A DNA stretch of 64,000 bases from the human T2T-CHM13v2.0 reference genome, Homo sapiens. The notes beneath the pieces are model-generated. The model was not told where the DNA came from. It worked only from the letters and a program-made list of their open reading frames with translations, and did not search any database. The DNA is taken from NCBI RefSeq assembly GCF_009914755.1, contig NC_060925.1; one strand, 5' to 3'. Below, in pieces: positions 51,201 to 62,400 of this stretch. Within the stretch, counting starts at the first letter, position 1; the number at the start of each line of letters is the position of its first letter. A program made the position numbers and the translations under genes.

Positions 51201-53437
51201 GCATCCGATAACCTGGAGCAGCACCCACAACCCCAAGTGAGCATCTGATTGTCTGGAGCAGCACCCACAACCACAGGTGAGCATCGTAGAGTCTGGAGCA
51301 GCGCCCAGAGCCCCACGCGAGCATCTGACAGCCCGGAGCAGTGACCACACCTCCAGGTGAGCATCTGACAACAGGGAGCAGCACCCATAGCCCATGGTGA
51401 GCATCTGACAACCTGGAGCAGCACCCACACCCCCAGGTGAGCATCTGATGATCTGGAGCAGCACCCACAACCACAGGTGAGCATCGGAGAGTCAGGAGCA
51501 GTGCCCACACACCCAGGCGAGCATCTGACAGCCTGGAGCAGTGCCCACACCCCCAGGTGAGCATCTGACAGCGTGGAGCAGCACCCACAGCCCAAGGTGA
51601 GCATCTGACAACCTGGAGCAGCACCCACGCCCCCAGGCGAGCATCTGAACACACGGAGCAGCACCCACACCCCCAGGCGAGCATCCGACAGCCTGGAGCA
51701 GCACCCACACACCCAGGTGAGCAACTGACAGCCTGGAGCAGCACCCACACACCCAGGTGATCATCTGACAGCCTGGAACAGCACGCTGCCCCCCCAGGTG
51801 AGCATCTGACAGCCTGGAACAGCACACACACCCCCAGGCGAGCATCTGACAACCTGGAACAGCACCCATACGCCCAGATGAGCATCTGACAGCCTGGAAC
51901 AGCACCCTGCACCCCCAGGTGAGCATCTGACAGCCTGGAACAGCACCCACACCCCCAGGTGAGCATCTGACCGCATCGCATGGCATCCTCACCCCCAGTT
52001 GCGCATCTGATGGTCTGGAGCAGCACCCACACCCACAGGTGAGCATCAGACAGCCTGGAACCGCAGCCACACCCCCAGGCGAGCATCTGACAGCCTGGAG
52101 CAGCATCCACACCCCCAGGTGAGCATTTGACAGCCTGGAACAGCACTCACACCCCCAGGAGAGCATCCGGCAGCCTGGAGCGGAACCCACGGCCACAGGC
52201 GAGCATCTGAGAGCCTGGGTCGGCACCCACACCCCCAGGTGAGCATCTGATGGTTTGCGGCAACACCGACACCCACAGGTGAGCATCTGACAGCCTGGAA
52301 CAGAACCCACACGCCCAGGTGAGCATCTGACAGCCTGGAACAACAGCCTGCACCACCAGGTGCGCATGTGACAGCCTGGAACAGCACCAACACCCCCAGG
52401 CGAGCATCTGACGGCCTGGAACAGCACCCACACCCCCAGGTGAGCATCAGACAGCCTGGAACAACACCCATACCCACAGGTGAGCATCTGACATCGTGGA
52501 GCAGCACCCCACACCCACAGGTGAGCATCTGACAGCCTGGAGCAGCACCCACACCCCCAGGTGAGCATCTGACAGCCTGGAACAGCACCCACACCCCCAG
52601 GTGAGAATCTGATTGTCTGGAGCATCACACACAACCACAGGTGAGCATCGGAGAGTCTGGAGCAGCACCCACATCCCAAGGTGAGCATCTGACAACCTGG
52701 AGCAGCACCCACACCTCGAGGTGAGCATCTGACCTCCCGGAGCAGGACCCATACCTCCAGGCGAGCATCTGAACCCATGGAGCAGCACACACGCCCCCAG
52801 GCGAGCATCTGACCGAACGGAGCAGCACCCACAACCCCAGGCGAGCATCTGACAGCCTTTAACAGCACCCACAACCCCAGGTGAGCATCTGACAGCCCGC
52901 AGCAGCACCCACACGCACAGGTGAGAATCTGACAGCCCGGAGCAGCACCCACACCCCCAGGGGAGCATCTGACCGCATGGAGCAGCACCCACACCCCCAG
53001 GGGAGCATCTGAAATCCTGGAGTTGCACCGACAACACCAGGTGAGCATCTGAGAGCCTGGAACAGCACCCGCACCCCCAGGTGAGAATCTGACAGCCTGG
53101 AAGAGCACCCCATATCCCCGGGTGAGCATCTGACAGCCTGGAACAGCACCCACTCCCCCAGGTGAGCACCTGACAGACTGGAACAGCACCCACAGGCCCA
53201 GGTGAGCCTCTGACAGCTTGGAACAGCACGCGCACCCCCAGGTGAGCATCTGACAGCCTGGAACAGCACCCACACCCCCAGGCGAGCATCTGATAGCCTG
53301 GAACAGCACCCACACCCCCAGGAGAGCATCCGGCAGCCTACAGCAGAACCCACACCAACAGGCGAGCATCTGACAGCCTGGGTCGGCACCCACACCCCCA
53401 GGTGAGCATCTGACGGCCTGGAACAGCACCCACACCC
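48260..53437 (+). repeat. Full-length HOR unit (5,178 bp), last unit of the homogeneous domain
   Basis: It lacks the 10-bp and 40-bp deletions. Identity to the HOR stops at ~53439 (CACACCCCCTGGGGAGC). Confidence 0.87.
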
Positions 53438-56400
53438 CCTGGGGAGCATCTGATGGTTTGGAGCAGCACCCACACCCACAGGTGAGCATCTGACAGACTG
53501 GAACTGCACCCTGCACCCCCAGGTGAGCATCTGACGGCCTGGAACAGCACCCACACGCCCAGGTGAGCATTCAACAGCCTGGAACAGCACCCACACCCCC
53601 AGGTGAGCATCCGATAGCCTGGAGCAGCACCCACACCCCCAGGTGAACATCTGACAGCCTGGAACAGCACCCACACCCGTAGGTGAGCATCCGATAGCCT
53701 GGAGCAGAACCCACACCCCCAGGCGAGCATCTGACACCCTGAGTCGGCATCCACACCCCCAGGTGCGCATCTGATGGTCTGGAGCAGCACCCACACCCAC
53801 AGGTGAGCATGTGACAGCCTGCAACAGAACCCACACCCCAGGTGAGCATCTGACAGACTGGAACAGCACCCACATGCCCAGGTGAGTCTCTGACAGCCTG
53901 TAACAACACCCTGCACCGCCAGGTGCGCACGTGACAGCCTGGAACAGCACCGACACCCCCAGGTGAGCATTGGACAGCCTGGAGCAGCACCCACAACCCC
54001 AGACGAGCATCCGACAGCCTAGAGTAGCACCCACACCCCCAGGTGAGCAACTGACATCGTGGAGCAGCACCCCACCCCCACAGATGAACATGTGACAGCC
54101 TGGAGCAGCAACCACACCCCCAGGTGAGCATCTGACAGCCTGGAACAGCACCCTGCTCGCCCAGGTGAGCATCCGACAGCCTGGAGCAGCACCCACACCC
54201 CCAGGCGAGCATCCGACAACCTGGAGCAGCACCCACAACCCCAAGTGAGCATCTGATTGTCTGGAGCAGCACCCACAACCACAGGTGAGCATCGGAGAGT
54301 CTGGAGCAGCGCCCACATCCCCAAGCGAGCATCTGACAGCCTGGAGCAGTCCCCACACCCCCAGGTGAGCATCTGACAGCATCGAGCAGCACCCATAGCC
54401 CAAGGTGAGCATCTGACAACCTGGAGCAGCACCTACACCCCCAGGTGAGCATCTGATGGTCTGGAGCAGCACCCACAACCACAGGTGAGCATCGGAGGGT
54501 CTGGAGCAGTGTCCACACACCCAGGCGAGCATCTGACAGCCTGGAGCAGTGCCCACACCCCCAGGTGAGCATCTGACAGCGTGGAGCAGCACCCAGAGCC
54601 CAAGGTGAGCATCTGACAACCAGGAGCAGTACCCACACCCCCAGGCGAGCATCAGAATGCACGGAGCAGCACTCACAACCCCAGGCGAGCATCCGACAGC
54701 CTGGAGCAGCAACCACACCCCCAGGCGAGCATCTGACAGCCCGGAGCATTGCCCACACCCCTAGGTGAGCATCTGACAGCGTGGAGCAGCACCCACAGCC
54801 CAAGGTGTGCATCTGACAACCTGGAGCAACACCCACACCCCCAGGCGAGCATCTGAACGCACGGAGCAGCACCCACACCCCCAGATGAGCATCTGACAGC
54901 CTGGAACAGCACGCTGCCCCCCCAGGTGAGAATCTGACAACCTGGAACAGCACGCACACCCGCAGGCGAGCATCTGACAACCTGGAACAGCACCCATACA
55001 CCCAGATGAGCATCTGACAGCCTGGAACAGCACCCTGCACCCCCAGATGGGCATCAGACAGCCTGGAACATCACCCACACCCCCAGGTGAGCATCTTACT
55101 GCATCGCATTGCATCCTCACCTCCAGGTGAGCATCCGACAGCCTGGAGCAGCACCCACACCCCCAGGTGAGCATCTGACAGTCTGGTACAGCAACCACAC
55201 CCCCAGGCGAGCATCTGACAGCCTGGAACAGGACCCTGCACACCCGGGTGCGGATCAGACAGACTGGAGCAGCACCCACACTCCAGGTGAGCATCTGATA
55301 GCTTGAAGCAGCACCCACAGCAACAGGTGAGCATCTGACAGCCTGGAACAGCACCCACACCCACAGGTGAGCATCTGACAGCCTGGTACAGGACCCTGCA
55401 CCCCCAAGTGAGAATCTGACAACGTGGAGCAGCAACCACAACCCCAGGTGAGCATCCAACAGGCTGGAACAGCACCCACACCCCCAGGTGAACATCCGAC
55501 AGCCTGGAGCAGCAAGCACACCCCCAGATGAGCATCCGACAGCCTGGAACAGCATGCACACCCCCAGGTGAGCATCCGACAGCCTGGAGCAGCACCCACA
55601 CCCCCAGGCGAGCATCTGACAGCCTGGAACAGCACCCACAACCCCAGGTGAGTATCTGATATCCTGGAACAGATCCCACGCCCCCAGGTGAGCATCTGAC
55701 AGGCTGGAGCAGCACGCACACCCCCAGGTGAGCATCTGACAGCCTGGAACAGCACCCACATCTCCAGGTGAACATCCGACAGCCTGGAGCAGAACCCACA
55801 ACCCCAGGCGAGCATCTGACAGCCTGGGTCGGCACCCACACCCCCAGGTGAGCATCTGAGGGTCTGAAGCAGCACCCACACCCACAGGTGAGCATCTGAC
55901 AGCCTAGAGCAGCACGCACACCCCCAGTGAGCATCTCACAGCCTGGAACAGCACCCACACACCCAGGTATGCATCCGACAGCCTGGAGCAGAACCCACAC
56001 CCCCAGGTGAGCATCTGACAGCCTGGAACAGCACACACACTCCCAGGGGAGCATCTGACAGCATGTAACAGCATCCACACACCGAGGTGAGCATCTGACA
56101 GCCTGGAACAGCAGCCTGCACCTCCAGGTACGCACGTGACAGCCTGGAACAGCACCCACACACCCAGGCGAACATCTGACGGCCTGGAACAGCACCCACA
56201 CCCCCAGGTGAGCATCTGACGGCCTGGAACAGCACCGACACCCCCAGGTGAGAATCTGACATCGTGGAGCAGCACCCCACACCCACAGGTGAGCATCTGA
56301 CAGCCTGGAGCAGCACCCACACCCCGGGTGAGCATCTGACTGCCTGGAAAAGCACCCTGCATCCCCAGGTGAGCATCCGACTGCCTGGAGCAGCACCCAC

Positions 56401-59400
56401 ACCCCCAGGCGAGCATCTGACAGCCTGAAATAGCACCAAAACCCCCAGGTGAGCATCTGATGGTCTGGAGCATCACCCACAACCACAGGGGAGCATCGGA
56501 GAGTCTGTAGCAGCGCCCACACCCCCAGGCGAGCATGTGACATCCTGGAGCAGCACCCACACCCCCAGGTGAGTATCTGCAGCCTGGAGCAGCATCCTGC
56601 ACCCCCAGGTGAGCATCTGACAGCCTGGAACAGCACCCACATCCCCAGGTGAACATCCGATAGCCTGGAGCAGCACCCACACCCTCAGGTGAGCATCTGA
56701 CAGACTGGAACTGCAACCACACCCACAGGCGAGCATCTGACAGCCTGGAGCAACACTCACACACCCAGGTGAGCATCTGACAGCCTGGAACAGCACGCAC
56801 AGCCCCAGGAGAGCATCCGGCAGCCTGGAGCGGAACCCACGCCCACAGGCAAGCATATGACAGCCTGGGTCGGCACCCACACCCCCAAGTGAGCATCTGA
56901 TGGTTTGCAGCAGCACCCACACCCACAGGTGAGCATCTGACAGCCTGGAACAGAATCCACACTCCCAGGTGAGCATCTGACAGACTGGAACACCACCCTG
57001 CACCCCCAGGTGAGCATCTGACGGCCTGGAACAGCACCCACACGCCCAGGTGAGCATCCGATAGCCTGGAACAGCACCCACACCCCCAGGTGAGCATCCG
57101 ACAGCCTGGAGCAGCACCCACACCCCAAGGTGAGCATCTGATATCCTGGATCAGCATCCACACCCCCAGGTGGGCATCTGACAGCCTGGAATAGCATCCA
57201 CACCCCCAGGCGAGCATCGGACAGCATGTAACAGCACCCACACCCACAGGTGAGCATCTGACAGTCTGGAACAGCAGCCTGCACCCCCAGGTGCGCATGT
57301 GACAGCCTGGAACAGCACCCACACCCCCAGGCGAGCATCTGACGGCCTGGAACAGCATCCACACCCCCAGGTGAGTATCTGACGGACTGGAACAGCACCC
57401 ACAACCCCAGGTGAGCATCTGACATCGTGGAGCAGCACCCCACACCCACAGGTGGGCATCTGACAGCCTGGAGCAGCACCCACACCCCAGGTGAGCATCT
57501 GACAGCCTGGAACACCACCCTGCACCCCTAGGTGAGCATCCGACAGCCTGGAGCAGCACCCACACCCCCAGGCGAGCATCTGACAGCCTGGAACAGCACC
57601 CACACCCCCAGGCGAGCATCTGACAGCATGTAACAGCACCCACACCCCCAGGTGAGCATCTGACAGCCTGGAACAGCAGCCTGCACCCATTGGTGCGCAC
57701 GTGACAGCCTGGATCAGCACCCACACCCCCAGGCGAGCCTCTGACGGCCTGGAACAGCACCCACACCCCCAGGTGAGCATCTGACGGGCTAGAACAGCAC
57801 CCACACCCAGAGGTGAGCATCTGACATCGTGGAACAGCACCCACACCCCCAGGTGAGCATCTGACAGACTGGAGCGGCATGCACACCCCCAGTGAGCATC
57901 TGACAGCTTGGAACAGCACCCACACCCCTAGGTGAGCATCCGACAGCCTGGAGCAGAACCAACATTCCCAGGCGAGCATCTGAGAGCCTGGGTCGGCACC
58001 CACACCCCCAGGTGCGCATCTGATGGTCTGGAGCAGCACCCACACCCACAGGTGAGCATCTGACAGCCTGGAACAGAACCCACACCCCCAGGTGAGAATC
58101 TGACAGACTGGAACAGTACCCACATACCCAGGTGAGCCTCTGACAGCCTGGAAGAGCACCCTGCACCCCCAGGTGAACACGTGACAGCCTGGAACAGCAC
58201 CGACACCCACAGGCGAGCATCTGACGGCCTGAAACAGCACCTACACCCCCAGGTGAGCATTGGAGAGCGTGGAGCAGCACCCACAACCCCAGGCGAGCAT
58301 TCGACAGCCTGGAGCAGCACCCACACCCCCAGGTGAGCATCTGACATCGTCGAGCAGCACCCCAAACCCACAGGTGAGCATCTGACAGCCTGGAGCAGCA
58401 CCCACACCCCCAGGTGAGCATCTGACAGCTTAGAACAGCACCCTGCACCCGCAGGTGAGCATCCGACAGCCTGGAGCAGCACCCACACCTGCAGGCGAGC
58501 ATCCGACAACCTGGAGCAGCACCCACACCCCCAGGTGAGGATCTGATGGTCTGGAGCAGCACCCACAACCACAGGTGAGCATCGGAGAGTCTGGAGCAGC
58601 GCCCACACCCCCAGGCGAGCATCTGACAGCCTGGAGCAGTGCCCAGAGCCCCAGGTGAGCATCTGACAGCATGGTTCAGAACCCATAGCCCAAGGTGAGC
58701 ATCTGACAACCTGGAGCAGCACCCATACCCCCAGGCGAGCATCTGAACTCATGGAGCAGCACCCACACCCCAAGGCGAGCATCCGACAGCCTGGAGCAGC
58801 AGCCACACCCCCAGGTGCGCACGTGATGGTCTGGAGCAGCACCCACACCCACAGGTGAGCATCTGACAGCCTGGAACAGAAACCCCACCACCAGGTGAGC
58901 ATCTGACAGACTGGAACAGCACCCACATGTCCAGGTGAGCCTCTGACAGCCTGGAACAGCACCCTGCACCCCCAGGTGAGCATCTGACAGCCTGGAACAG
59001 CACGCACACCCCCAGGTGAGCATCTGACAGCCTGGAACAGCACCCCGCAACCCCAGGCGAGCATCTGACAGCATGTAACAGCACCCACACCCCCAGGTGA
59101 GCATCTGACAGCCTGGAACAGCAGCCTGCACGCCCAGGTGCGCACGTGACAGCCTGGAACAGCACCCACACCCACAGGCGAGCATCTGACGGCCTGGAAC
59201 AGCACCAAAAACCACAGGTGAGCATCTGACGGCCTGGAACAGCACCCACACCCTCAGGTGAGCATCTGACATCGTCGAGCAGCACCACACACCCACAAGT
59301 GAGCATCTGACAGCCTGGAGCAGCACCCACACCCCAGGTGAGCATCTGACCGCCTGGAACAGCAACCTGCACCCCCAGGTGAGCATCCGACAGCCTGGAG

Positions 59401-62400
59401 CAGCACACACACCCCCAGCCGAGCATCTGACAGCCTGGAACAGCACCCACACCCCTAGGTGAGCATCTGATGGTCTGGAGCATCACCCACAACCACAGGT
59501 GAGCATCGGAGAGTCTGGAGCAGCGCCCACACTGCAAGGCGAGCATCTGACAGCCTGGAGGACTGCCCACACACCCAGGTGAGAATCTGACAGCATGGAG
59601 CAGCACCCACAGACCAAGGTGAGCATCTGACAACCTGGAGCAGCCCCCAAACCCCCAGGCGAGTATCTGTACGCACAGAGCAGCACCCACACCCCCAGGC
59701 GAGCATCCGACAGCCTGGAGCAGCACCCACACCCCCAGGTGTGCATGTGATGGTCTGGAGTAGCACCCACACCCACAGCTGAGCATCCGACAGCCTGGAG
59801 CAGCACCGACACCCCCAGGTGAGCATCTGATGGTCTGGAGCAGCACCCACAACCACAGTTGAGCATCGGAGAGTCTGGAGCAGCGCCCACACGCCGAGGC
59901 GAGCATCTGACAGCCTGGAGCAGTGCCCACACCCCAAGGTGAGCATCTGACAGCGTGGAGCAGCACCCACAGCCCAAGGTGAGCTTCTGACAACCTGGAG
60001 CAGCACCCACACACCCAGGCGAGCATCTGAACGCACGGAGCAACACCCACACCCCCAGGCGAGCATCCGACAGCCTGGAGCAGCACCCACACTCCCAAGT
60101 GAGCATCTGACAGCCTGGAGCAGCACCCACAACCCCAGTTGAGCATCTGACAGCCTGTAACAGCACGCTGCACCCCCAGGTGAGCATCTGACAGCCTGGA
60201 ACAGCACACACACCCCCAGGCGAGCATCTGACAAGCTGGAACAGCACCCATACGCCCAGATGAGCATCTGACAGCCTGGAACAGCACCCTGCACCCCCAG
60301 GTGAGCATCTGACAGCCTGGAACAGCACCCACAACCCCAGGGAGCATTTGTCAGCCTGGAACAGCACCCATACGCCCAGATGAGAATCTCACAGCCTGGA
60401 ACAGCAGCCTGCACCCCGAGGTGCGCACGTGACAGCCTGGAACAGCACCCACACCCCCAGACGAGCATCGGACAGCCTGGAGCATCACCCACATCGCCAG
60501 ACGAGCATACGCCAGCCTGGAACAGCACCCACACCCCCAGGTGAGCATCCGACAGCCTGGAGCAGGACCCACACCCCTAGGTGAACATCCGACATCGTGG
60601 AGCAGCACCCCACACCCACAGGTGAGCATCTGACAGCCTGTAACAGTACCCACACCCACAGGCGAGCATCTGAACCCACGGAGCAGCACCCACACCTTCC
60701 GGCGAGCCTCCGACAGCCTGGAGCAGCACCCACACCCCCAGGTGCGTATCTGATGGTCAGGAGCAGCACCCACAACCACAGGTGAGCCTCTGACAGCCTG
60801 GAACAGCACTCTGCACCCCCAGGAGAGCATCTGACAGCCTGGAACAGCGCGCACACACCCAGGTGAGGATCTGACCGCCTGGAACAGCACCCACACCCCC
60901 AGGCGAGCATCTGACAGCATGTAACAGCACCCATACCCCCAGGTGAGCATCTGACAGACTGGAACAGCACCCTGCACCCCCAGGTGCGCACGTGACAGCG
61001 TGGAACAGCACCCACACACCCAGGTGAGCATCTGACAGCCTGGAGCAGCACCCACACCCCCAGGTGAGCATCTGACAGCCTGGAACAGCACCCTGCACCC
61101 CCAGGCGAGCATCTGACAACCTGGAACAGCACCCATACGCCCAGATGAGCATCTGATAGCCTGGAACAGCACCCACACTCCCAGACGAGCATCGGACAGC
61201 CTGGAGCAGCACCCACAGCGCCAGGCGAGCATCCGCCAGCCTGGAAAAGCACCCACACCCCCAGGTGAGCATTCGACAGCCTGGAGCAGCACGCTGCACC
61301 CCCAGGTGACGATCTGACAGCCTGGAACAGCACCCACACCCCCAGGTGAGCAGCTGATATCCTGGAACAGCACCCACACCCCCAGGTGAGCATCTGACAG
61401 GCTGGAGCAGCACGCACACCCCCAGTTGAGCATCTGACAGCCGGGAACAGCACCCACACCCCCAGGTGAACATCCGACAGCCTGGAGCAGAACCCACACC
61501 CCGAGGCGAGCATCTGACAGCCTGGGTCGGCACCCACACCTCCAGGTGAGTATCTGATGGTCTGGAGCAGTACCCACACCCACAGTTGAGCATCTGACAG
61601 CCTGGAACAGAACCCACATCCCCAGGTGAGCATCTGACAGACTGGAACAGCACCCACATGCCCAGGTGAGCCTCTGACAGCCTGGAACAGCACGCGCACC
61701 CCCAGGTGAGCATCTGACAGCCTGGAACAGGACCCACACCCCCAGGCGAGCATCTGACTGCATGTAACAGCACCCACACCCCCAGGTGAGCATCTGACAG
61801 CCTGGAACAGCACCATGCACACCCAGGTGCGCACGTGACAGCCTGGAACAGCACCCACACCCCCAGGCGAGCATCTGACGGCCTGAAACGGCACCCACAC
61901 CCCCAGGCGAGCATCGGACAGCCTGGAGCAGCACCCCACACCCCCAGGGGAGCATCCGACACCCTGGAGCAGCACCCACACCCCCAGGTGAGCATGTGAC
62001 AGCCTGGATCAGCACCCACACTCCCAGGCGAGCATCTGACAGCCTGGAGCAGAACCCCACACCCCCAGGTGAGCATCCGACAGCCTGGAGCAGCACCCAC
62101 ACGCCCAGGTGAGCATCTGACTGCCTGGAACAGCACCCACACTCCCAGACGAGCATAGGACAGCCTGGAGCATCACCCACATCGCCAGGCGTGCATCCGC
62201 CAGCCTGGAACAGCACCCACACCCCCAGGTGAGCATCCGACAGCCTGGAGCAGGACCCACACCCCTAGGTGAACATCCGACATCGTGGAGCAGCACCCCA
62301 CACCCACAGGTGAGCATCTGACAGCCTGTAACAGTACCCACACCCACAGGCGAGCATCTGAACCCACGGAGCAGCACCCACACCTTCCGGCGAGCATCCG

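Larger units (their letters stand above)
23269..53437 (+). repeat. Homogeneous higher-order repeat (HOR) domain; full unit 5,178 bp (~129 monomers)
   Basis: The rare landmark TCACCGGGTGAGC...AACCATACCCTCAGGTAAGC recurs at 24151, 26361, 29493, 34671, 39206, 44334 and 49462 (spacings 2210, 3132, 5178, 4535, 5128, 5128). The landmark GGTGATCATC recurs at ~31790, 36968, 41493, 46621 and 51759. The ORF track repeats near-identical translations at the same offsets (e.g. 894-aa ORFs at 29493, 34671 and 49462). Confidence 0.93.
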
